Source: Octopus sinensis (taxonomy: Eukaryota). Taken from it: a stretch of 64,000 nucleotides of DNA. The translations under genes were made by a program, and so were the position numbers. The notes beneath the pieces were generated by a model that saw only the letters and a program-made list of their open reading frames with translations, had not been told where the DNA came from and ran no database searches. Where the stretch lies: NCBI RefSeq assembly GCF_006345805.1, contig NC_043010.1, forward strand, positions 56,668,001 through 56,732,000, read 5' to 3'. Below are positions 1 through 11,560 of the stretch, one piece after another. Every line of letters begins with the position of its first letter. Position 1 is the first letter of the stretch.

Positions 1-262
1 TCACGCTCAAATAGTGCTTTTTACGTGCCACCAGCACGGAAGCTAGACAGCTGTTCTGGCAATGACCCCGCTCGGTTGGAGCTGTTAACGCTCCACTGGT
101 ACAGGTGCCAGTCATCGAATTGGGTTCAATTTCGATTTCACTTGCCCCAACAGGTATTCACAAGCAGAATTTTGTGTCCAAAGAAGAAAAGGTACGCGTA
201 AGTGGGCTGGAACATCTCTGGTAAAGGCCACAGGTTATGGTCTCACTTGTCTTGCTGGGTCT
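1..262 (-). mobile_element. RTE-clade LINE 3'UTR fragment
   Basis: Contains GTGCTTTTTACGTGCCACC, the reverse complement of the family 3'UTR motif. Bases 200-262 are the reverse complement of the 3'UTR seen at ~5810-5860. Confidence 0.6.
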
Positions 263-277
263 TCTCATGCACATGTA

Positions 278-325
<48 letters not shown>

Positions 326-404
326 ATAATATATATATATATATATTTATACATACATACATACAGATATACATAATATATATACATATATGTAGCTGTA
401 TGCA

Positions 405-1155
405 TAATATATCGTCCACTGAATACCACAAAATATGATGTAAAATTTGAGGAAAGCCTCACACACATCAAAGAGATATTAACAAACCTAGATCAGAACA
501 TCAATATATTCTTCTTCGGTGATGTCAACCACCCACGTGTCAAATGGCCAGAAGGCCACATCCTCTCTGGGATATCACTGCATGAACAAAAGCATGTAGT
601 GTCATTATTTGAAATTACTAATAAGCTGTTGATGGAGCAAGTGATACTCAGGCCAACCAGGGGGAAGAACATATTGGACCTACACTTTGCAATTAATGTG
701 GACCTTATCCATAATGTGAAGGTGACACCAACGACACTCTCAGATCACAACATTGTTGAACTAACTATGTATGGTCCTGCATGAACTGTTTGTATCTAGC
801 CTATCAGGAGGACTCAAGCCTTATCCAACTTGAATTTCCGTAAGGCAAAATGGGAATCAATCCACAAAGAGATCCACAAACGAAACTGGTCCAACATTCT
901 GTGTATGCAAGACATTGATCTGAAACTCAGCCAGTTTATGTCAACAGTGCAAGCTCTGTGCACTAAATATATCCCAGAAAGAAAGGCCATCAGACTGTCA
1001 AACAAGATTCCCAGGGACAGAAGAATCCTCATAAGATGCAGGTCAAAGATCTTTAAGCGGCTGAATAGGTAACAGAAGGATAGAGAGAAGTCTATCCTAA
1101 TACGGACGCTCCTAGAAATTGGAAATGAAATCAAACTCTCTCACGAAAAGGAAAG

Positions 1156-1190
<35 letters not shown>

Positions 1191-3135
1191 GAGCTGTGGA
1201 AAGCCTAAAAACAAATCCCAAAGCATTCTGCGAATTCACAAAGGAAACAGCCATAATACAATATAAAATAGGACCCTTGTTCCAAGGGAATGCCTCACTG
1301 ACAGCAGACCCAGGAAGGATAAGTGAACAATTTAAAAGTGTTTTCACTCCCCCCCCCCCTGGACATATGCAGATAAAAAATCCAGCTGAATTCTTTGGTA
1401 TTGCAGATCTAAAAATGAAGGTGCCAGCCATCAATTACATCAACATTGAGGAAGCAAATGTAACAGCAGCCATAGATGACACGAACTCATGCTCCGCCAC
1501 TGGTCCTGATGGCTTCCCAGCTATTCTCCTAAAGTCATGTAAGCAGGCTTTAGCGAAACCACTTCAGATACTTTTCCAAAGTTTCCTTGCAAATAGTATA
1601 CTTCCTATAAAGCTGAAAGAAGGCATTATATGCTCCATGCACAAAGGTGGAAGCAGAGCAGAAGCCAGAAACTACAGACCAATCCCTCTGACTTCGCATA
1701 TCAGTAAAGTCATGGAGTGAATCATCAGAAACAAGTTGATAATGTTCCTAGAAGAAAATGACCTACTGAACAATACTCAGCATGGCTTCGTCCAGGAAGA
1801 AGCTGCCTCACACAACTCCTACAGCACTATGACTGGGTTTTGAAACAGCTGCTTGACCATTCAGATGTCAGAGTGATATACCTTGACTTTGCAAAGGCAT
1901 TTGATAAGGTAGATCATGGCAGGATAAGTCAGAAGCTATGAGACCTTGGCATTGCTGATAAACTGGGAGAGTGGCTGTATAACTTCCTTAAAAACAGAAA
2001 TCAGGTAGTTGCAGCCAATGGTGCCCTTTCTGAGGAAACTCAAATCTTAAGTGGTGTCCCCCAGGGAACTGTTCTGGGGCCATTACTATTCATAATAGAC
2101 ATGCCCACAGTAACTTGGACAGCCATGGTCACTAGCTATGCCAATGATATAAAATTATCACAGGCAATAAAAAACCAAGGTGATGTAACAAGTTTACAGT
2201 GGGACCTGAACTCAATGTTCTAAGTGGGTCGAAATAAACACCATGCAGTTTAATGCTGGAAAATTTCAAGTACTGCACTATCAACTCACGAATACAGTAC
2301 AATGTACATTTATGAGACCCGAAGGCACTACAATCCCAGAGTCACAGGCAGTGAAAGACTTGGGGATTAGTATGTGCAATGATGCATCATTTCATATGCA
2401 CGTAAGCAAGATGGCAGCAAAGTGCAGATAACTGGCAGGATGGATACTGAGGTCTTTCAAGACAAGAGACCAAGAAACTAGGTTGACCCTGTGGAGAACC
2501 TTTGTTCTCAGCCACATAGACTACTGTTCCCAGTGCCAAACTAACAGCGGAGCTTGAAGCAGTCCAATGCCACTACACTAAAAAAATTGAAGCAGTGCAG
2601 TGGATGAGCTACAGAGGGAGAGGCTGAGAAAACCACAGCTTTACTCCCTGGAGCAAAGGCATGAGAGATATGCACTAATATACATATAGAAAATCCTAGA
2701 AGGACTCGTACCTAATTTTGGCATTGCATGTTATTCAAATGCCAGAACTGGCTGCCATTTTATTGTACCAAAGATACCATCCACTCCATCTAAATTCAGG
2801 ACCAGGTACTGCAATAGTCTGGGGTTCAAAGGCCCACAGCTCTTCAATGCCCTGCCACAAAAATTAAGAAATTTGCATAAGGTGGAAGTAGATGTCTTCA
2901 AAAAGGAACTGGACCTCCTCCTCCTCCTCCTCCTCTCCATAGTACCAGATGAACCAACAGCCCGACATGAAGTACAGACGAGGGCAGTGGAATCAAACTC
3001 CCTTATACACCAAAAGTACCAACAGTTGGGATAAAGGCACATACAGGAGTGGTGATGTGAAACATCCAGACTGAGGAAGCCAGAAAGACCATGGTGGTGC
3101 TCCAGCATGACCATGGCTGAAACGAGTAAAAGAGT
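405..3135 (+). mobile_element. Degenerate CR1/L2-group LINE ORF2 (APE endonuclease + RT)
   Basis: Endonuclease motifs GDVNHP, PTRGKNILDL and SDHNIV. RT motifs TGPDG, NYRPIPLTSHISKVME, YLDFAKAFDKVDH, SGVPQGTVLGPLLF and VKDLGI. Many stops and frameshifts; (AG)n at ~1157-1187. Confidence 0.9.
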
Positions 3136-3659
3136 GTGTGTATACAGACACACAAAATATGGGGGTTTAGTTCACAGGTGATCTAAACGATTAGGTATGC
3201 TAGGTAAGAGCTGCAATGGATTACTAGGGCTCCAAGGTTATACCCGAGACATCAGTTATGGAGCCATTGGAGATTTCTGATGCAGCGGAGATAGAATTGT
3301 TAAAGAGGACAAAAAACATCTCAAGTCATATACAATATTATTATTGGAAACAATTCAAAGTCTTGCAGCTGTTTCTGGGGTATCCCAGAGCATGGGATAT
3401 TCCATCATCAGAGACAAATAGGGAAAATGAGTAGAGTATAGATTAATGAAATGACAACATAGAAGACAGGAGTAAAAGAATAAGGAGATGAAGAAAGGGA
3501 AGGAAAAAGAGGCATAAAATTCCACAGTTCAACTTTTCGATCTAACTTTCAAATTGATTCCGATCATGTCATTTGTATTGTATCAAAATTTCATGCATTT
3601 TTTGTAAAGTTAAAGAAGTTATTAAAAATTGAAACCCATCAGTGACTTTTAGGACACTG

Positions 3660-3694
3660 TATATCTCTCTCTCTCTATATATATATATATAGAG

Positions 3695-3775
<81 letters not shown>

Positions 3776-3776
3776 T
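3660..3776. repeat. Compound microsatellite (TC)n(TA)n(AG)n(TAGA)n
   Basis: Read directly from the sequence. Confidence 0.95.
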
Positions 3777-3779
3777 AAG

Positions 3780-6210
3780 TATGAAGGTAGCTGGGAATTC
3801 ATTCGAGACACTTGCTAAGTGCTACAGACCAGTCTGTGGCTGGTGCAAAGTCCCTTCCAGACTTAGGGTAACATGGTGGTGGAACAATACTGTAGACAGG
3901 GCTATTAGAGCAAAGAAACAGGCCTGGAAGAGTGGGGGTAGCAGGGGACTGTATCAGATAGCCAAAAGGGAAGCTAGGAGATAGGTATATATAGCCAAGT
4001 GAGAAGCAGAGAAAAGAAGAAGTTTGCCAATGTTCAGCAACGTGAGGACCAAAGAACTGAAGTACTTCGGATTGCAAGACAGAGTGTGAGAGAAAACCGT
4101 AATGTCAAAGGAGAGAAATGTGTCTGCAAAGATAATGGTGCCCTTGCATTTAATGATTCTGCAAAGAAAGAGTCTTGGAGATGCCATTATGAAAGACTGC
4201 TAAATGTGGAGAATGATTGGGAGGAGGAGAGTCTGCCAAAGGTTGACACAATTGAGGGACCAGCTACCCGAATTGACAGTACACTGGTAGATAAAGCAAT
4301 TAAGGATATGAAGACAGGGAAAGCACCTGGCCCATTAGGAATCACCGTTGTGATGCTTAAAATATCAGATAGTGTGGGTTATGGTCTAGTCACCCATATT
4401 ATAAATCAGGTGGTTCATGAAGGAGTCATACCCAACGACTGGTGTAGCAGCACCATAGTCAACTGCTACAAAGGTAAAGGTGATGCTTTAGATAGAAATA
4501 ACTACAGGGGTATCAAATTATTGGATTAGGTGATGAAAGTTACAGGGAGGGTTATAGCCCAACTAATTAGGGAGAGAGTTAGCCAACTAATTTAAGGAGA
4601 GAGTTAGATGAGATGCAGTTTGGTTTTGTGCCAGGGAGAAGCACCACAGATGCTATATTTCTGGTAAGGCAGCTGTAGAAGAAATACCTAGCCAAAGATA
4701 AACCTCTGTATTGGCTTTTGTTGACTTGGAGAAAGCTTTTGCCAGGGTCCCTGATCCCTTTATCTGCTGATCAATGCAAAACTGGGAATAGATGAGTGGT
4801 TGATAAGAGTTGTACAAGCCCTGTACAGGGATGCTGTCAGTAAGGTGAGGGTTGGCAATGAGTATAGTGAAGAATTCCAGGTAGAAGTAAGGGTTCACTG
4901 AGGATCAGTCCTCAGTCCCCTCTTATTCATCATAGCCCTTCAAGCAATAACAGAGGAATTCAAAACAGGTTGCCCCTGGGAGCTCCTCTATGCTGATGAC
5001 CTTGCTCTAATAACTGAGTCACTGCCATAACTAGAGAAAAAGTTTAGGGTGTGGAAGCAAGGTTTAGAATCGAAGGGCCTTGAGGTTAACCTAGCCAAAA
5101 CCAAAGTCTTAGTAAGTAGGAAGGCTGTCAAATCACACACCCCTTCAGATAGATGGCCCTGTTCAATTTTTAGAAAAGGTGTGGGTAGAAACTCCATACG
5201 ATGTACCCAGTGTAAGCTATGGACACAAAAGGTGCAGCAATATCAAAGGAAGGTTAACCAGGAAAATAGTTTTTGTGTGTGGCAGATGCACAGGGGCAAT
5301 AAACACTGAAGAAGTACAGAAAACAGATTCCATCACATGCCAGGGGGAGAAACTAGAAGTAGCTAATAGCTTCTGCTACCTAGTTGACCAAGTCTGCAGT
5401 GGGGGGTGGTTGCTCTGAGAGAGTAGTGACTAGAGTAGGAATAGCCTGGGCAAAGTTCAGGGAGCTCCTACCTCTGCTGGCAACTAAGGGCCTCTCGCTC
5501 AGGATGAAAGGTAGACTGAATAATGCATGTGTGTGAACTGCTATGCTACACAGAAATGAAACATGGGCTGAGGACATGTGTAAGCATGAAAGAAATGAAG
5601 CTAGCATGATCTGCTGGATGTGTAATGTCAGTGTGCAAACACGACAAAGTATGAGTGCCCTGAGAGAAAAGTTGGACATAAAAAGCATCAAATGTGGTGC
5701 GCAAGAGAGACGACTGCGCTTGTATGGTTATGTATGGACGAGGACAGTTGTGTGAAGAAGACTGAGACCTTTGGAGATAAGCTGTGATTGAGAAGACCCG
5801 GCAAGTAAAGTGAGATCACAGCCATGGCCAATACCAGTGTTGCATGTCCAGCCCATTTTAAAAGTACCCTTGATGTGTCGGGTGATATGATATGCTTGAA
5901 GAGACCTGTTGAGTCAAGTAAAACCAAAATCGTAGCTGTAGCCAGTGCCCCTCTTGTTGGCTTCCATTCCAGTGGCACATAAAAAGCACTATCCAAACAT
6001 GATTGATGCCAGGCCCACCTGACTGGCTACTGTACCTGTGGCATGTAAAAAGCACCCACTACACTCTCAGAGTGTTAGAAAGGGCATCCAGATGTAGAAA
6101 CCTTGCCAGATCAGATTGGAGCCTGGTGTAGCTGCTGGCTCTCCAGACTTCAGTCAAACCATCCAACCCATGCCAGCATGGAAAATGGACGTTAAATGAT
6201 GATGATGATG
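3780..6210 (+). mobile_element. 5'-truncated, degenerate RTE-clade LINE
   Basis: KAPGPLGIT, YKGKGDALDRNNYRGIKLL, QFGFVPG, FVDLEKAF, PWELLYADDL, VNLAKTK and a CTQCK Cys motif. 3'UTR has GGAAGGGCATCCAG...CCAACCCATGCCAGCATGGAAAA and a (GAT)n tail. Confidence 0.9.
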
Positions 6211-6219
6211 TATATAATC

Positions 6220-6358
6220 AAACTAAGCAACAGGGTATCAAGTAGCAATGCAGTACGACTGTTTCAAGTGGTTCCAATTAATTGAATTCAATTCAGTTAA
6301 TTGGAGTTGCTTGAAACGGTTGTACTGCATCACTTCTTGATACACCATTGTTTAGTTT
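6220..6358 (+). repeat. Near-perfect palindrome / long hairpin with ~68-bp arms
   Basis: 6221-6288 pairs with 6357-6290 around C6289: 54 Watson-Crick pairs, 8 G:U pairs and 6 mismatches on the + strand. Confidence 0.9.
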
Positions 6359-6469
6359 TATTTTATTCACCTTACTTTGAGCTGTGTGGATAACACTGGA
6401 CTGACTTGCTGGTTCAACTTAAGTACCTAATTCATCTGAATCTCAATTATATCTTATATATAATTGTGT

Positions 6470-6697
6470 GTGTGTGTGTTGGCCATTGCCAGTACCACCT
6501 AACTGGCCCTCGTGCTGGTGGCATGTAAAAGTACCCACTATACTCTCAGAGTGGTTGGTGTTAGGAAGGGCATCCAGCTATAGAAACTCTGCCAGATCAA
6601 GATTGGAGCCTGGTACAGCCATCTGGTTTGCCAGTCCTCAGTCAAATCATCTAACCCATGTTAGCACGGAAAGTGGCTGTTAACGATGATGATGATA
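6470..6697 (+). mobile_element. Solo RTE 3'-end fragment
   Basis: GGTGGCATGTAAAAGTACCC...TTAGGAAGGGCATCCAGC...(GAT)n tail. Confidence 0.85.
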
Positions 6698-7174
6698 TAT
6701 ATATATAGAAAGAGAGAGAGGAGGGGGAAGTATCAGTGTATTATTGTTTAGTGAAGTGATTTGTAGAAAATGGGTGGAGGGGGTGGGGGAGAGCAATGAT
6801 TGAGACTGAATTATTCTTAAGACAAAACTCCTGCTGCCTTATTTACATTTCTTTGTTTTCAGCTGAAATCTATCCAAGGATTAATTTGCCATTTCCCCTC
6901 CTGAGGTCAATAAAATAAAGTACCAGCCATGTATTGAGGTTGATTCAGTGTTCTTGATGGGAATGGAATTATAAAAAAAAGGACACACGATTTAGTTTTA
7001 TGATGATGAAGATTTTTTCTCTGTAGGGTCTGCTTACACTGAACTCCCTCCCTTTTTATTCAAATTAACCCTAGGACTAATCTTTAGTTTGTTGACCCCA
7101 GAATGTGACAAGGGAAGTTGACCACTGTGGGATTTGAAATTAGGACATTAATGGATCTAAGTATACACTACAAA

Positions 7175-7340
7175 GCATTAAGGGCTGTAGGATTAAGGAC
7201 CCTGCTGCTAATTCCTACATGGTTTTACGCTTGGTTGCACTGTGAGAGATACCCTGGGCAAGTGTTGTTGCCTGCCACAGAGTTGGGTTGACCAAAGTGT
7301 TTGTGAGTGGAATTTGATTGAGGGAAACTGTGTGGAACTT
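7175..7340 (+). mobile_element. Decayed tRNA-derived SINE with CORE-like CTGGGCAAGTGT
   Basis: CCCTGGGCAAGTGT...GACCAAAGTGTTTGTGAGTGGAATTTG...GGAAACTG. Related copies at ~12390-12500 (+), ~18335-18490 (+) and ~18130-18300 (-). Confidence 0.6.
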
Positions 7341-7481
7341 GAATGAAGGAATTATTTTTATTCTTGATGGTCAGCTTAACCTGTCTCTTTTAACAACCCT
7401 AACTGGTCATCAGGTGCCTTTTGTTGAGTCTGCTCTTTTGCAAGCATTTAGGTCAGGTCTTTAACCTTTCTTCCCCATCAG

Positions 7482-7599
7482 TCTCTCTGAAGATGGCCAA
7501 AGGGGCTACCCTTTGTTTTCTCATTTAAAAAGACATGTGTCTGGTGCCCTGCCAGTTCTGCCAGCCACTGGCAACAACATAATACTTTTGTCTGGAAGT
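7482..7599 (+). CDS. Candidate internal exon (LSEDGQRGYPLFSHLKRHVSGALPVLPATGNNIILLSGS)
   Basis: Strong acceptor ctttaacctttcttccccatcag, one open frame, donor GT|gtaaat. No homology recognised. Confidence 0.22.
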
Positions 7600-8789
7600 G
7601 TAAATGTGTGATGATTATGGGCTTGAGTATATGTAGGATGTTCATAGAAGGATGGTCCCCAGGAATAAGTAGGGAATTCATACCGCTACCCACCACCCTT
7701 TCCATTGGAAGTAGCCAAAAGCCAGCACTGTTATCAGTAACATGTTTCTTCTTGTCAGACGTTAACATTTAACTTTCATCTGAAACAAGAAATAAACTTC
7801 CAGTTAAAATTAAACATCGTTTGGACAAACACTGCACAGAAACAATGAAATATTTTGTTTTAATTAGAATTTTAAAGGCTATGTATGTAATGTATGTATA
7901 TATATATATATATAAGTATATATGTATGTATGTATATAATGTATGTATATATTGTATGTAATGTACGTATATATGTACGTATATATATATATGCATATAT
8001 ATATGTATGTATCTTTCTATGTAATGTATGTACATATGTATGCAAGTATGTATGTAAATTATAGATGTTTCCTTATTTAAAAATTCAATTATTTACAACA
8101 AGTACAATTTACTTCTGTTTTTGTTGCTGTCTTTCTCCCATTCTCCTCACTCCATTTGTTTTCCAGTTTCTCTTCATCGTCACAATATTGCCAGAACCTA
8201 AAAAAAAATATGCAAACTACTTCAGTATAAATATCACTTTTTCATTTTCTTCTCCCATTATTTCCCACTGAGAAAATATTCTGTAAATTCAATTAATGTA
8301 GTTGTATATATGTGACAATAAAAACCAGTTGAGGAAAGTATCCAAGAGGAATAGAAAACTGCTTAAGATGGTAAACATAGGAGTAATTGCGAGAAATTCT
8401 TGCAGCCATAAATATAAGATGTCAAACTGAAATGAAAAAATGGAATGTACCGGCAAGGTTTTAGGAGGTTTGTAACTTTTAGATATAGTTTCTGTCAAAA
8501 TTTTACTTGGAATATAAAATTATTAATGCTATGTATGTTGTAAAAATATCTGCTGTTTTTGTGATTGGGGGTTGTTGGAGAGGAGGAAGTGATGTAGAGG
8601 ATCTCTAATGGAAGGCACTAAACAAATGTTTAATTGGATTGAAAGTCTCTCATATCTGACAGACAGACAGACAGACGAGTGAAGTCTGACAGAAGCAATG
8701 TCTAAAGGGACGTTGATCAGAGAAAGATTTATAAAGTTTCACAGAATTATTATCATTAACATCACCATGGCGGTTGGATGGGTCTTCTC

Positions 8790-9110
8790 TCACACAGCAT
8801 CCTTTGGTGATGCCCTACTTAAGATGCAATATATTCCAGAGGTTTTTTCTAACTTCTTCCCAAACTTCCTCTTCTGCAGCTTCCTTCCTCTTGGATTGCC
8901 TGTTACTTCTTCCTTCAACTGACATCCTCTGTACACATTATGTCTGTACCAACAGCCTTCTCTCCTCTGCATCTCATTCCTCTAATATCTGGTTTGTCTC
9001 TCAACTCATTTGTGTTTCCTCATTTACCAACATTGCCATTCCATATGCAGCGATGCATGCTGGCCTCACTTCAGTCTATCTTTTACTCATCTTCAACATT
9101 CAAAGCTCAC
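8790..9110 (-). mobile_element. RTE-like LINE C-terminal fragment
   Basis: Reverse complement closely matches 49050-49310 (GAGGATGTCAGTTG..GGAAGAAGTAACAGGCAATCCAAG..GGAAGGAAGCT). The GRP-like/TW region is typical of the RTE C-terminus. Confidence 0.6.
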
Positions 9111-10099
9111 GTTTCTCTTCTATACAATTGAAATATTAACCTTGACAATGGAAATTCATTAAGATTAAAACAGACAGAAACAAAGTTTATTTTAAAAAAT
9201 GTGCCCTGTCTTTCAGTCTAACCAATGGGAGAACTGTTTCAGATATTCTGTGGACATAACTCAGTGTGGAAATGTTTATTGTGTAGTTAGTCAGGCATCA
9301 CTGATGTCACACTTGGTGAACAAACCAAATGAAAGCAGTATGAAACAGAATACTTCTCTCACAAGTTACAGAAATCTGGCAAGAAGTTATGGGCTCCACC
9401 CTTCTTTCTCTGATTGAATTTTAAAATATTCTTTAAATATAAAACTGAGAAAAGAATTATAATTTTCATAGATTCTGGTAAAATTGATTGAAACTTTAAT
9501 TTTATCAAAAGCTAAATTAATTGTTAGAGCAGCAATGGCTAAAGTGACAGTTCCTTGATAGTGTGGGTTCAAATCCTGCCAGAACATCTTTCATGTTTAT
9601 ACTGTTAATAAAATAAATGCCCCTGAGGTGGAAGGGGAGGGGTTATAGAGTTGGTTATGAATTTGAAACTTTGTACCAATGTTGGAACCAGTGGCATTGA
9701 GAACAATAAGGAATGAACAGGTTTGATAAGATTGCTTTCCATATTTCCTTTCTTAAACTAAATGAAAGCTTCTTATGTTACACAACACACCACATATCTC
9801 CCTCCACACACACACAGGGACCCTTTGCCTTTGGGCCACAAGAAATCACTTTAGCTGGGTAATAATTAGTGAAGTGTTCAGATTTCAATAAATAAAATAA
9901 AACTCTTCTGTGTGTTAAAAGTATTTCTTTTCCCTCCCATTTGTACAATTCTTATATAAAACATTTGTACAACTTATATAAAACTTTAAAATATTCTGTA
10001 AATATAAAATTGAGAAAAGAATTATGATTTTCATTGATTCTGGTTAAAATTGATTGAAACTTTAATGCTGGACTGCTGAAATCTACAAGTTTTTTCTTT

Positions 10100-10255
10100 C
10101 TCACTCTGTTTATTTTCTCTGATTTCTTTCTGTTGAAGAGCAGAGGCTCGAAAAGTAAAGAGACTTTCTCACTTTCCTGACCATCAAACTAACACACCTG
10201 CTTGTTGTTCATACACCTGTCTTTGTCTTTTGCTTTTCTATCAATTTCAACTGCA
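10100..10255 (+). mobile_element. Probable Penelope-like terminal-repeat remnant
   Basis: TGAAGAGCAGAGGCTCGAAAAGT resembles the TGAAGA...CGAAACGT motif of Penelope pseudo-LTRs (recalled, not searched). Confidence 0.4.
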
Positions 10256-10264
10256 TATATATAT

Positions 10265-10520
10265 ATTGACCTAACTATTGGATGTTGTTATACACCACTG
10301 ATCCCAATGCACTTCCTCATATTATAGCTCTCAAATGATGTCACCCCACTGGCTGGGTGAGCAGACCAACATTCCCCCTAAAGAGAATGATGACAGTTGG
10401 TAGCATGGTTCCCTATTTACAGCTGAGTGAACTGGGCAACACAAAAGGAATTGTTTTATTCAGGAAAACAATGTCCCTCTGGTGTCTGGAAACAAAAACC
10501 AGCATCTTGTAATCGTGAGT
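10265..10520 (-). mobile_element. SINE remnant with the shared AGCCAGTGGGGTG...CATTTGA tail
   Basis: Reverse complement of ~10270-10360 matches the tails of the SINEs at 47520-47640 and 48620-48745. Confidence 0.6.
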
Positions 10521-10529
10521 AACACACTG

Positions 10530-10697
10530 AAACCACGAGGCCTTGCAAAACCCCCACAAGCATTGACACTAGAAATCAAGCCAAAGCAGACTATGGGGCC
10601 TTGTACAGCCCCTGGCCTTGCCAGTTCGTATCAAGCCGTCCAACCCTTGCCAGCATGGAAAAGGGACGCTGAATGTTGATGATGATGATGATGATGA
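10530..10697 (+). mobile_element. Solo RTE 3'-end fragment
   Basis: GCCGTCCAACCCTTGCCAGCATGGAAAAGGGACG followed by (GAT)n. Confidence 0.75.
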
Positions 10698-10714
10698 TAT
10701 ATATCTATAAACAA

Positions 10715-10945
10715 GGCGGCGAGCTGGGCGAAACGTTAGCACGCCGGGCGAAATGTGTAGCCGTATTTCGTCTGTCGTTACGTTCCGAGTTCAAATTCCG
10801 CCGAGGTCGACTTTGCCTTTCATCCTTTCAGGGTCGATAAATTAAGTACCAGTTACGCACTGGGGTCGATGTAATCGACTTAATCCCTTTGTCTGTCCTT
10901 GTTTGTCCTCTCTATGTTTAGCCCCTTGTGGGTAGTAAAGAAATA
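10715..10945 (+). mobile_element. Young tRNA-derived SINE
   Basis: A-box-like GGCGAGCTGG and B-box GAGTTCAAATTCC. Central GTCGACTTTGCCTTTCATCCTTTCAGGGTCGATAAATTAAGTACCAG. CpGs intact. Confidence 0.85.
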
Positions 10946-10977
10946 TATATATCTATATATCTCCTTCCGTCTTTCAG

Positions 10978-11113
10978 GAGTAGACCACTGAATGCAGTTG
11001 GACACGCACATGCTGAACCTGGAACGACCCCAGTTGACAACGTCCCCACCGGTCACCATTCAACGATCAGAAACGTGAAATTCAGAGAAGTCATCAGAAC
11101 TTATGACTTATAA
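10978..11113 (+). CDS. Candidate terminal coding exon (..[44 protein letters not shown])
   Basis: Acceptor ctccttccgtctttcag, a single open frame (phase-2 start), GC content well above the flanks, TAA at 11111-11113. Confidence 0.45.
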
Positions 11114-11199
11114 TACAAGAGGATAACACTTAAGAATCGATATGGAGGGCTCTCTCCCTTCTCCTTCTTTATGCAATTCTTTGTGTCAGAACACAGGCT

Positions 11200-11247
11200 C
11201 ACACACACACACACACACACACACACATCATGCCCGTATGTATGTAT

Positions 11248-11297
<50 letters not shown>

Positions 11298-11335
11298 GTA
11301 TATATATATATATGTATATATACATGTATATATAT

Positions 11336-11367
<32 letters not shown>

Positions 11368-11394
11368 CACACATGTATATATATATATGTATAT

Positions 11395-11433
<39 letters not shown>

Positions 11434-11560
11434 CACATGTATATACATATACACATGTATATACATATACACATGTATATACATATACACGTATATATAT
11501 ATATATATACACACACACACTCATACATGTGTATGTGTGTGCGCGCACGCGCGTATGCCT
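11200..11560. repeat. Compound CA/TA/TATG microsatellite
   Basis: Read directly from the sequence; it is the source of the YI/TH-rich ORFs. Confidence 0.95.

Noticed and set aside
8320-8426. Minus-strand acceptor followed by MAARISRNYSYVYHLKQF...
   Set aside because: No convincing donor or partner exon.
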